NCBI GenBank assembly: GCA_963788335.1
Contig: CAWBGM010000005.1
Location: 45,275-109,274, forward strand
DNA length: 64,000 nt
Origin: Terriglobia bacterium
Lineage (GTDB): Bacteria; Acidobacteriota; Terriglobia; Acidiferrales; UBA7541
Direction: 5' to 3'
The notes under the pieces are model-generated. The model was given only the letters and a program-made list of their open reading frames with translations. It made no database searches and was not told where the DNA came from. A program made the position numbers and the translations under genes. Of the stretch, positions 26,786-35,811 are shown piece after piece. How positions within the stretch are numbered: the stretch's first letter is position 1; each line of letters starts with the position of its first letter.

Positions 26786-28289
26786 ATGCGCATCTGGATA
26801 GCATTTTTGTTGTTCGTGACTTCGACCGCCGCGCTCGCCGCCGCCGATCCGCAAACGGGAACTCTGCAATCGGCAACCGCAGCTCTTGGCGCCGATCAAA
26901 TCCGTTCCCTTGAATTTAAAGCAACTGGAAAGTGGTTTCGATTCGGCCAGGAACCGAATCCAAATGTTCTGGCGCCGGAGTACGAAGTCACCGACTACGC
27001 GGCAACGATTGACTACGACAATGCCGCGATGCGCGTCCACCGGGTGAGCCAGCCGGTGATCGATCCCGCCCGCTGGCGCCGTGTCCCCGAATCCGTTGGA
27101 AATGTGGACTCCGAGGGAGAGGCCAACGAGTTTGTGGCTGATGGAGTCGGCTGGATTCTCGGTCGGCCCGGCGGACCGGGAACCGGCTTGCCTGTGGCGG
27201 CCATTCCGGACGCAGGAAACGCCGAAGAGCGCATGATGGAAATCTGGGCGACGCCGCAGGGATTTTTACGGGCGGCCGCAGCGAACCACGCGACTTCGAA
27301 ACCCATCCTCGGCGGCAGCGAAGTCAGCTTCCTGATGGGAAAACATAAATTGATCGGCAAGATCAACGCGCGGAATCAGGTTTACATGGTTGATTACTGG
27401 ATCGATAACCCGGTGCTCGGGGACACGCTCTGCGAAGCCGGCTTCTACCAATATCGCGACTTCGGCGGCGTAATGTTTCCGGCGCACATTGTGCGTGTGG
27501 TGGCCGGGAAAATCCGGCTGGAGCTTAACGTTTCGGCAGTAACGGCCAATCCTCGCGTCGATATTCCGGTTCCGAATGGAATGCGCGAGGCGATGACGGC
27601 GCCCGTCACGGCGACGGCGGAAAAGTTAGCCGACGGGGTGTATTGGATTCGAGGCTGGCAGTACCACAGTGTCGCCGTCGATCAAGGCGACCACATCGTT
27701 GTCATCGACGCCCCGTTGAACGAAGCGCGTTCGCTGGCCGTAATTGCGAAGGTTAAGGAAACAATTCCGAACAAGCCGATTCGATTCCTGATCAACACGC
27801 ATGCGCATTATGACCACTCAGGCGGCCTCCGCACTTACGTGGACGAAGGCGCGACGATCGTAACAATGCCCGTAAATCAGGAATTCTACGAGGATGTGTG
27901 GCGTACCCCGCACTCACTGAATCCGGACCGGCTGGAGATCTCCAGGAAAACTGCTAAGTTCCTTCCGGTGGTCGATGGCAAACTCGTGTTGAAGGATAGC
28001 AAGCGTCCCGATTGAAATTTATCATCAGGTGGGCACCGCGCACTGCGACGCCATCGTCATGGTCTATCTACCGGTGGAGAAAATCCTTGTGGAAGTGGAT
28101 GCGTTTAATACAGAGGCGTTGACCGCGCCGAGAATCGACAGCATTGCCGGCGATTTTGTCAGCCAGTACATCATGAATCTGAACCGGAACATCCTGCGCT
28201 ATAAACTGGACGTCGCCCGGATCGTTCCCTTGCATGGCCCGCGCACGACGACAATGGCGGAACTACGCAAGGCGATCCTCTCGGAGTGA
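26786..28289 (+). pseudogene. MBL-fold metallo-hydrolase, tandem copy 3, interrupted by a +1 frameshift at ~28010 (pseudogene or sequencing indel)
   Basis: ORF 26771..28015 ends ..KLVLKDSKRPD*. ORF 28029..28289 continues the homology in the next frame. Reading aag cgt ccc [g] att gaa att tat cat cag gtg ggc restores KRPIEIYHQVGTAH, against KRPVEVYQQVGTAH in copy 2. The metal motif INTHAHYDHSGGLRTY is intact. Confidence 0.8.
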
Positions 28290-28340
28290 GCAATCTATTT
28301 TCGTTCCGACGTGTTGTTGCAGGGTCGCATCCGGTTTTCA

Positions 28341-28411
28341 GTAGCCCAGGCTTCAGCCTGTGGAGTTTCCTTGCCTCGAATCTGAACCCAACAGGCTGAT
28401 GCCTGTGCTAC
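28341..28411. repeat. Paired copy of the GTAGCACAGGC repeat family, MITE/BIME-like
   Basis: The left arm is gtagcccaggcttcagcctgtgg. The right arm is acaggctgatgcctgtgctac. The spacer is about 28 nt. It lies between convergent genes. Confidence 0.7.
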
Positions 28412-28474
28412 CGAAAACCAACGGTGCATCGCTATCTGGGCACATCTTAGACGATTCTTATTTCCTGACGAAAA

Positions 28475-29695
28475 TCACTGCTTCGCGACAAAAAGAATGC
28501 AACTCGGCTCCGGGACATCCGTGAGAATTTTCCCCGTCGGTGTCAGCATCCCGGTTTTCGGATCAATCGAGAAGACGGCAATGTTCCCGCCATATTCATT
28601 CCCCACAAACATGTATCTATCGGAAGGATCGAGCGCGAAGTTGCGCGGCGTGTCTCCCAGCGACGAAACGTGCTGCACCGGAGTGAGCTTTCCCGTTGCG
28701 GCATCCACGGAAAATATATTAATGGTCCCCGCCGTGTGCGAAGCGCTCAACGTCGCGCCCACGCCGCGGCTCGACGTGTACACGAACCTGCCCGTCCGAT
28801 CCACTTGAATCTCGGAACCCGCGCTCGGCCCGGATTCGCCTTCCGCAACCGGCGCCGTCTGGATTTCTTTGAGCGTGCCTTTTGCTGCATCATATGCAGC
28901 GGTCGTCACTTCCATCGAGCTACTGATCATCGAAACGTATTTCCCATTGGGGTGAAACACCAGGTGGCGCGGCCGCCATCCAATTTCGGGATGCGAAAAT
29001 GGCTCGCCATTCTGTTCCAGAGTCCCGGTCGCGTGATTGATCCGATACACAAATATTTTCCCCAGGCCAATATTGCAGACCAGCAGAAAACGGCCGTCGG
29101 GCGAAAACATGACGCAGTGATTGTGCGGATCGGTCGGGCTTAGTCCATTTTCATCCGGAGCAATCTGGGGACCCGCCGCCGTCCCGTGATGTTCGACGAA
29201 GCCAGCCGCTTCACCCAGCGACCCGTCCGGATGAATCGGAAATGTGGCCACGCTTCCACTGCCGAAATTTGCAGCTGCCAGTATCTTCCCTTCTTTGTCG
29301 ATCGAAAGATGAGCAGGCCCTTTTCCCTTGGTCGAAACTTTATTCAGAAAAGTGAGTTTGCCGGTCGTTCTATCCATCGCATACGCGGTGACGGTATTTC
29401 CCGGATCGGTTTTGCTTGCGTGCTCATTGGCGGCATACAGAAAGCGATGATTCGGGTGCTCGGCGAGCCACGAGGGATTGTTGGCCTCCTGAATCAGCCC
29501 AAGCGGAACCAGGTTTCCGGTTGACGGCGTGAAGCGATATCCATAAATGCCCTTGCTCGCGACGCGCGTGTAGGTTCCGAGATAAACGATGTAGCTCTTC
29601 GCGCCGGAGTCAGCCGCAATTCCAAGTAAGGGGAGAATCCCTGCGGCAGCCAGCACAACAATTGCAACACGTCGAGTTCGCTCGCTCCACATCAT
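28475..29695 (-). CDS. Secreted 7-bladed beta-propeller lactonase family protein (Pgl/YbhE-like)
   Basis: 406-aa ORF with a signal ..VVLAAAGILPLLGIAADS. It then reads YIVYLGTYTR..SKGIYGYRF.., with further strings ..HPNHRFLYAAN.. and ..GKGPAHLSID.., typical of the Lactonase (PF10282-type) family. Its ATG overlaps the stop of the upstream gene (ATGA). Confidence 0.75.
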   Translation of the reverse strand: MMWSERTRRVAIVVLAAAGILPLLGIAADSGAKSYIVYLGTYTRVASKGIYGYRFTPSTGNLVPLGLIQEANNPSWLAEHPNHRFLYAANEHASKTDPGNTVTAYAMDRTTGKLTFLNKVSTKGKGPAHLSIDKEGKILAAANFGSGSVATFPIHPDGSLGEAAGFVEHHGTAAGPQIAPDENGLSPTDPHNHCVMFSPDGRFLLVCNIGLGKIFVYRINHATGTLEQNGEPFSHPEIGWRPRHLVFHPNGKYVSMISSSMEVTTAAYDAAKGTLKEIQTAPVAEGESGPSAGSEIQVDRTGRFVYTSSRGVGATLSASHTAGTINIFSVDAATGKLTPVQHVSSLGDTPRNFALDPSDRYMFVGNEYGGNIAVFSIDPKTGMLTPTGKILTDVPEPSCILFVAKQ

Positions 29696-31857
29696 TCACC
29701 TCGCACGTTGTGGCCGGGCATTTCCGGCATTCTATCAGGCGCACCCGCCGGTTCATTCGCCGCGGGCGCCGCAGGCCCCGATCCCCGCTCGACAACTGTG
29801 GGAGGCGCGGAGTCGATTCCCGTTCCCGTCACGACAATCTGACCGATCATGAAGGAGTGAGGCAGACACGCATAAGAATACGTTCCCGGCCGATTGAATG
29901 TGATCGAGGCCGACTGGCCGCCGCGGAGCATTCCGGTATCCCATCCGCCGCCATCGGCGGAAGACGCGTTGTGAATCTGCTTGCCGTCGTTTGTGAACGT
30001 CACTTTCGTTCCGGCGGGCACCGTGATGCGGCCCGGCGTGAAGGAATAATCGGCGAGTTTCACGGCGTTCGTCGGTACCAGCGGCCCCTCGACTTCAACA
30101 ACCGTCGCCGGCGGTTTCGGCGCTTCAAATGGATGCAACCGGTTGCCGGGCGATCCCCTCAGCGAAAAAACCCACACCATGTCGCCTTTGGCTGAGTTCG
30201 TCTGGATGGAGACGCCGCCGGCGGCGATGGCTACGTATTGAGTGCCATCGATTTCATAGGCGATCGCGGGAGCGTCCGCACCCGCGCCGGTTTGCCATTG
30301 CCACAGCAGTTCTCCGGTCTTGCCGTCGTACGCCTGAAAATTTCCATCCGGCTCGCCGTGGAAGACCAGGCCGCTGGCCGTTGCCAACGCTCCGCTGCCC
30401 TGCCCGACGGAGTAGGGCATTTTTTTCTGCCATACAATTTTGTTCGTGCGGGAATTGATCGCGGTAAATGTACCTGAGTAGTGCGCGCCGATCGGCGGGC
30501 CCAGATTCAATCCGATTCCACGAGTGATTCGAGGTGACGGGCGAATCGCGGCGGTCGCATAAAAATAGCCGGTCTTGGGACTGTACGCCATCGGCGCCCA
30601 ATTCGTTCCGCCGTTTCCGCCCGGCGCGATCAAAATCGGGTGATCGTAAAATGCGGCGAAGATGCATTTCGTCACCCATCCGGCCAGCGGATCGGGACAC
30701 TGCGGCATTAGTGCGTCGCCGCGCGGAATGGGCTGTGTTGGAGAAAATGCAACATGCGGATCCTGCTCGACCGGCTTCTCGTCAATGCCGATCAGTGGCT
30801 TGCCGTTGGTGCGGTCGAGCATATAAATCCATCCCGTCTTGCACGCTTCGGCAATTCCCTTGCGCTTTACTCCGTCGTACGTCTGATCGAAAAGAACGAC
30901 GGGGCTTGGGCAATCGAAGTCCCACATGTCGTGATGCACCACCTGGAAATGCCACGCGTAGGTGCCGTCCAGATGCAGCGCCATGATCGACGAGCTGAAT
31001 AAATTATTTCCGGGGCGATTGTCGGTGGCCCCGCTGGGCAGAACGGGATTGCCTGTGCTGAAATAAATAAGTCCAAGGTCGGGATCGATCGCCGGAGTTT
31101 GCCAGACGCTCGCGCCGCCGTGCAGGTAGGCGCCAGCGCGATTCGGATCGGAGTCTGTCGGCGCGGGCCATGTATCGCCGCCAAGTTCTCCGGGGCCAGC
31201 CGCCGTCCAGAAATGCCACAGTTCTTTCCCAGATTTCCCATCGAGCGCCGTGACCTTGCCGCGCGCGCCCATGTCGCCGCCGGAGACGCCGGTGTACACG
31301 ACGCCGTTGTAGTAGAGCGGCGCGGAAGTGATCGTGTAGCCGTCTTGCCAATTGCCGATGCGCGTTTGCCAGATCAGTTTCCCGGTCTCAGCATCCAGCG
31401 CGACGAATGTGCCGTCGAGATAACCAAGAAAAACTTTTCCTTCGCCGAGCGCGACACCGCGATTGTCCCACCCGCAGCAGACCGTGTTGATCCCCTGATC
31501 GATGTTGGACCGATGCTCCCAGATAATCGCTCCGGTTTTTGCATCGAGCGCGTAAACGTCGTCGTTCCCGCTGGCCAGATACATTACGCCGTCTTTCACC
31601 AGGGGCGTTGCTTCGAGGGAATATTTGCTGCCCAGGCCGGAGCCCAGATGCGTCACCCAAACGCCTTTGAGGTCTTTCACATTGGCGGGAGTGATCTGCT
31701 CCAGCGCAGAATAGCGTGAATTATTCCAGTCGCCGCCGATGGTCGTCCATTCCCTCCCCGCGTCCGGGCGTGAATTCGATTGAGACTGCGCATTCACTCC
31801 GGGGATCAGACCTAAAAAACCAAACGCAACGACAGCTGCCACGTTTTGTGAACGCAT
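29692..31857 (-). CDS. PQQ-dependent (quinoprotein) alcohol-dehydrogenase-family 8-bladed propeller fused to a C-terminal type-1 copper cupredoxin domain
   Basis: 721-aa ORF with the signal MRSQNVAAVVAFGFLGLIPGVNA. Quinoprotein strings are W..GGDWNNSRYS, the vicinal Cys pair NTVCCGW, STGNP and HHDMWDFDC, plus repeated A.D..TG...W W-motifs. The C-terminal part reads TVPAGTKVTFTNDGKQIHN...GTYSYACLPHSFM, giving ligands H, C-x2-H-x2-M. Confidence 0.85.
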   Translation of the reverse strand: MRSQNVAAVVAFGFLGLIPGVNAQSQSNSRPDAGREWTTIGGDWNNSRYSALEQITPANVKDLKGVWVTHLGSGLGSKYSLEATPLVKDGVMYLASGNDDVYALDAKTGAIIWEHRSNIDQGINTVCCGWDNRGVALGEGKVFLGYLDGTFVALDAETGKLIWQTRIGNWQDGYTITSAPLYYNGVVYTGVSGGDMGARGKVTALDGKSGKELWHFWTAAGPGELGGDTWPAPTDSDPNRAGAYLHGGASVWQTPAIDPDLGLIYFSTGNPVLPSGATDNRPGNNLFSSSIMALHLDGTYAWHFQVVHHDMWDFDCPSPVVLFDQTYDGVKRKGIAEACKTGWIYMLDRTNGKPLIGIDEKPVEQDPHVAFSPTQPIPRGDALMPQCPDPLAGWVTKCIFAAFYDHPILIAPGGNGGTNWAPMAYSPKTGYFYATAAIRPSPRITRGIGLNLGPPIGAHYSGTFTAINSRTNKIVWQKKMPYSVGQGSGALATASGLVFHGEPDGNFQAYDGKTGELLWQWQTGAGADAPAIAYEIDGTQYVAIAAGGVSIQTNSAKGDMVWVFSLRGSPGNRLHPFEAPKPPATVVEVEGPLVPTNAVKLADYSFTPGRITVPAGTKVTFTNDGKQIHNASSADGGGWDTGMLRGGQSASITFNRPGTYSYACLPHSFMIGQIVVTGTGIDSAPPTVVERGSGPAAPAANEPAGAPDRMPEMPGHNVRGE

Positions 31858-32030
31858 GTTCTTCCCTCTCGCACCATTCTAATTTGGTTGCGCCTCCGAA
31901 CAGATCCGATTAATCAAGAGTTTACTAAATCTGAAGGAAGCATTCATAATTTCCATTCTATGTATCGAGCCATGGTCCGGAATTATCTCAGATTCCATCC
32001 CACTCGGACAAAACCAGAAAATGACATCCA

Positions 32031-32112
32031 GTGGCACAGGCCTCAGCCTGTCGATTTTGATTTCTCCAAATACATAGTAAATTCAATCCCCACAGGCTGA
32101 AGCCTGTGCCAC
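32031..32112. repeat. Paired copy of the GTAGCACAGGC repeat family, MITE/BIME-like
   Basis: The left arm is gtggcacaggcctcagcctgtc. The right arm is cacaggctgaagcctgtgccac. The spacer is about 40 nt and contains aaattcaat. Confidence 0.7.
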
Positions 32113-32293
32113 GTAAACCACGCAGGGATACCGGGAGTACGCTCATTTTGCGTTTAGCTAAACTGAGTCGCTGTCCATGCTCCCGAGATGTTCCCGAAAT
32201 GTTGAAAACGGCGGCCGCCGCGTATAAGGTAGCAATCCTAATGTAATGCCGTTAAAAGGATAAAAAGATACTGGCCACGCGGAGCCGCGCAAA

Positions 32294-34069
32294 ATGGCAA
32301 GCGACACCCACCCGAACCCGCTCTTCCTTTTCGCGAAGATGGTGCTCGCCCCGGCGCTATTTTTTCTGGCGTTCTTTTTTATTCTAACTTATCCCGCGTT
32401 GTTGAAATTCAAGACGCATTTTTACGCGGACCAGGGCGATGGCTTGCAGAACGTCTGGAATCTCTGGTGGGTTGAAAAAGCGGTTACCCAATTCCATCAA
32501 TCGCCGTGGCACACCACGTACCTGCACTTCCCCTATGGAACGACGCTGATCGGGCACACGATGAACTCGTTTAATGGGTTCGTAGCGATCGTGCTGTCTC
32601 AATTCCTGTCCCAGGTGCCCGTTCACAATGTGATTGTGACGTTTTCCTTCGTAGCAGGAGGTGTTACGGCATTTCTGCTGGCCCACCATTTTACGCACTC
32701 GTACTGGCCAAGCATCATCGCGGGTTATATCTTCACGTTCTCGAATTTTCATTTTGCTCACGCGGAAGGCCATCTGCAGATCGTGTCTCTGGAATGGATT
32801 CCTCTCTTCGTGCTCCTCTGGCTGAAGTTGCTGGCAAAACCTACGATTGCCTTGGGCGCAGCCGCGGCGGGAGTTCTGTTTCTGGTAATCCTCTGCGACT
32901 ATTACTATTTCTTTTATTGTGTTTTGACGGGACTGATCGCCGCCTTATGGTTTCATCGCAATGAGGAAGGCCCTTTTTCATTCTCCAACAAGGAATATTG
33001 GGGCCCCCTCGGTGTTTTTGCCGGCCTGTCGCTTATGACATCGGGTATTCTCGCGGGCTCGCTCGTTTGGGTAACGCTGACAGACGGGCTGGTCGGCAAT
33101 GCCAACCCTGTGGATTATTCCCTGGACCTTCTTGCGCCATTCATCTACGGAGGGCACTGGAGGTTTGCCGCTCTCACGAGATCTTTCTGGTCACGCGAAA
33201 CCGGAAACATCCACGAAAATAGTGTTCATCTGGGTCTGTCCGTCGTATTTCTTTTGGTCCTTGTCTGGCGAATGAGAAACTTTTCCGATTTTAGCGAGGT
33301 TAAGATTTTTTTCGTTCTCAATGCCTTCTTTGCCGTAATTGCAGTGGGACCGATCTTACACATCGCGGGCCAACAGATCCTACCGTGGTTGCCGTGGCCG
33401 TATGCATGGATGATGATCGTTTTTCCTCCCATGAGGGTGGCCAGCGACCCGATCCGGATGATGGTTATGGTTTTTCTGTGCGCCGCGGTAATTAGCGCCT
33501 TCGGATTTCGATTTTTGTTTCGCGGGACACGCAGGCAGAAAGTGTTCGCGTCAGTTCTTGTTGCGATCCTCTTCGTGGAATATCTACCAAAGGCGATCCC
33601 GACGTCGCTGGTTCCCGTTCCTGAATATGTCCAGGTATTGAAGAACCTTCCCGGGAGTGACGGGGTATTGGACCTGGTTGCAAATCCGGCGCTGAACCGG
33701 TTTTATGACGCAGCCCCGTCGTTGAATCTCTTTTATCAGACGGTTCACGAAAAGCCACTGGCGTTCGGTTACCTGGCGAGAATACCGAAGAGCGTCGAAA
33801 AAAAAGACCGTGACCTTGCAGAGGTCATTCAGAATGAGAATTTCTCCCGTTTGTGGCCCGATTATCACTTCCGGTACATCGTGAGCGGGGATCGATCTCG
33901 CGTTCTAAGGTCGTTGCCCGGCGTTGAAGTTGTCTGGACCGATGGACAAATCTCACTATTTGATACCTCCCGCTCGGAATCGCACCTCGCCGAAAGTCGC
34001 AGTATCACATCTGGATTAGACCCGAATTGTCAGGGGGATTGCGCACCCCCGCAGTCGGGTATAAATTAG
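32294..34069 (+). CDS. Polytopic membrane protein, GT-C-like glycosyltransferase suspected
   Basis: 591-aa ORF with at least 10 hydrophobic segments, for example LAPALFFLAFFFILTYP, GFVAIVLSQFL and VTAFLLAHHF. An early loop reads FYADQGDGLQNVWNLWW. I did not recognise a named family. Confidence 0.5.
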   Translation: MASDTHPNPLFLFAKMVLAPALFFLAFFFILTYPALLKFKTHFYADQGDGLQNVWNLWWVEKAVTQFHQSPWHTTYLHFPYGTTLIGHTMNSFNGFVAIVLSQFLSQVPVHNVIVTFSFVAGGVTAFLLAHHFTHSYWPSIIAGYIFTFSNFHFAHAEGHLQIVSLEWIPLFVLLWLKLLAKPTIALGAAAAGVLFLVILCDYYYFFYCVLTGLIAALWFHRNEEGPFSFSNKEYWGPLGVFAGLSLMTSGILAGSLVWVTLTDGLVGNANPVDYSLDLLAPFIYGGHWRFAALTRSFWSRETGNIHENSVHLGLSVVFLLVLVWRMRNFSDFSEVKIFFVLNAFFAVIAVGPILHIAGQQILPWLPWPYAWMMIVFPPMRVASDPIRMMVMVFLCAAVISAFGFRFLFRGTRRQKVFASVLVAILFVEYLPKAIPTSLVPVPEYVQVLKNLPGSDGVLDLVANPALNRFYDAAPSLNLFYQTVHEKPLAFGYLARIPKSVEKKDRDLAEVIQNENFSRLWPDYHFRYIVSGDRSRVLRSLPGVEVVWTDGQISLFDTSRSESHLAESRSITSGLDPNCQGDCAPPQSGIN

Positions 34070-34129
34070 CGGCCGGCTGTGGGAATAAACAACGAAGACA
34101 CCGCGTTGCCGTTTGAACGTTCGCACGAT

Positions 34130-35779
34130 ATGTCCACCGCACATTTGACCAGCGAGAGGACAACGTCCCCCGAACAACCTGCCGGGCCGACTTTCCTCTC
34201 AACCCTTTGGTGGATCTCGATCACGGCGACTACCCTTGCAGCTCTTTTATTGAAGCTGCTGTTGGCGGTAAAAACCTACGGCACGAACGACGTCTATCGT
34301 TATGAAGCTTTCATGGCGGCTTCCCGTTACCTGGGTGTCCTTATTTACCGCGCATTGCCGGACTTCAATCATCCTCCCTCCATGATTCACTTTCTCGGCA
34401 TCATCGGCCGGCTTTCAAGAATGTCGGGACTTCCCTTTCCTTTCTGGCTGCGGCTTCCGGGAATTCTTGCGGATGCGGGAAGCGTTCTTGTTGTCTGGAA
34501 GATTCTGGGGCCGCGCGTTCAGGAACTATCGATCCGTTGGTCCTTGCTTCTGTTCGCGGCCGCTCCACCGTTGATTGTGATCTCCGGTTTTCACGGCAAC
34601 ACCGATTCCGTCATGATTTTCTTTCTGCTCCTTTCCGTTTACTGGAATGAGAAGGGCAACCACATTTGGCTCGCGGGAGCGATGTTTGGCCTTTCGATGT
34701 GCTTCAAGATCACGCCCGTCATTGTCGCGCCCGCGATGTATTTCTATCTGCGGGATATGAAACAGCGTGTCGCATTCTTCGGCGCCGCCGGGGGAATTCT
34801 GCTCGTTGCCTGGTCGCCTTATTTATTTCAGGATCCGATATTCATCCTCCGGCAGATTTTCGGTTATCGCAGCCTTTACGGCCACTGGGGACTTTCTTAT
34901 TTTTCAAGTCGCCTTGCAAATCGTTTCCCCGCATTGGGATGGGTGAACGATGCGTTTCAATTTGCCGGAAGTTACGCCCTGCTTGGTGGAATTGCTATTT
35001 TCTCGTGGTGGATGAATCGGAGGAAGCCTCGGCCGCGCCTGTACTCCCAGGTTGGCATTGTGTTTCTCCTGTTCCTTTCGCTCACCAACGGGTTCGGCGT
35101 CCAGTACCTTGCATGGTTGGTTCCGTGGGTGGTGGGACTGGGAGCGCTGCCCGCGGCGATCTATTTCGCGGCCTCGGGAGTTTTTTTATTTCTCGTATAC
35201 AACTATTGGTCGCAGGGAATTCCGTGGTACATGGCCGATAGCTATCGGCTACCCGACTATCAGGGGCATCTCGATTACTACCAGATTGCCTCTTGGCTCT
35301 CTATTCTGGTGGCACTGACGGCAGCCTTGGAACAGCTGCGAGCTTCTGATTTCTTGCCCGGCGCATTGCACAAGCGTTTCCAGAATCGGACCGTTCATGT
35401 GTGCACCCTGCTGGCCGCTCTTGTGCTCTTGATCTATCCCGCGCAGCGCCAGGCGCGCCGCGACAATCGAAACATTCCCTGGGCGACGCGCCAAAGTCTC
35501 GCGCTGATTGTGCGCTCGGTCCAATATACGGATCTTTCTAACCGACTGTATCGGATGGGCAGGGATCGCGATGCAGTCGATGCAGCACAGCAGGCGTCCG
35601 ACCTTCATCCCGATTCCGCGGATGCGTATCTGAATCTCGCAGCTTCCTGCGCAGCGGTGGGTAAGTGGGACGAGGCCATCCAGTATTCAGAAGAGGCTGT
35701 GCGGTTACGGCCCGATTGGCCGCTTGCGAAGAGCAACCTGGACTGGACGATCCAGGAAAAGAAAAAGGCGAGCAAGTGA
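34130..35779 (+). CDS. Polytopic membrane protein (GT-C-like) with C-terminal TPR repeats
   Basis: Track ORF 34079 starts on GTG. The ATG at 34130 (MSTAHLTSE) is the more likely start. There are many TM segments. The first loop reads YGTNDVYRYE, which is Asp-containing as in GT-C enzymes. The C-terminal TPR region is AAQQASDLHPDSADAYLNLAASCAAVGKWDEAIQYSEEAVRLRPDW. Confidence 0.55.
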   Translation: MSTAHLTSERTTSPEQPAGPTFLSTLWWISITATTLAALLLKLLLAVKTYGTNDVYRYEAFMAASRYLGVLIYRALPDFNHPPSMIHFLGIIGRLSRMSGLPFPFWLRLPGILADAGSVLVVWKILGPRVQELSIRWSLLLFAAAPPLIVISGFHGNTDSVMIFFLLLSVYWNEKGNHIWLAGAMFGLSMCFKITPVIVAPAMYFYLRDMKQRVAFFGAAGGILLVAWSPYLFQDPIFILRQIFGYRSLYGHWGLSYFSSRLANRFPALGWVNDAFQFAGSYALLGGIAIFSWWMNRRKPRPRLYSQVGIVFLLFLSLTNGFGVQYLAWLVPWVVGLGALPAAIYFAASGVFLFLVYNYWSQGIPWYMADSYRLPDYQGHLDYYQIASWLSILVALTAALEQLRASDFLPGALHKRFQNRTVHVCTLLAALVLLIYPAQRQARRDNRNIPWATRQSLALIVRSVQYTDLSNRLYRMGRDRDAVDAAQQASDLHPDSADAYLNLAASCAAVGKWDEAIQYSEEAVRLRPDWPLAKSNLDWTIQEKKKASK

Positions 35780-35811
35780 ACTTCGAAGAAGATGTCTATG
35801 CAGAGCGCGGA

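Noticed and set aside
28007-28015. Possible programmed +1/-1 ribosomal frameshift in the third MBL copy
   Set aside because: There is no slippery heptamer (X XXY YYZ) and no downstream structure. The two sister copies are uninterrupted at the same place, so a simple indel is the more economical explanation.
35665-35811. Track start at 35665 for the GT87-like gene, overlapping the end of the TPR membrane protein by 115 nt
   Set aside because: The overlapping part is out-of-frame translation of the upstream gene's TPR region. ATG 35812, or GTG 35776 overlapping the stop, are more plausible starts.
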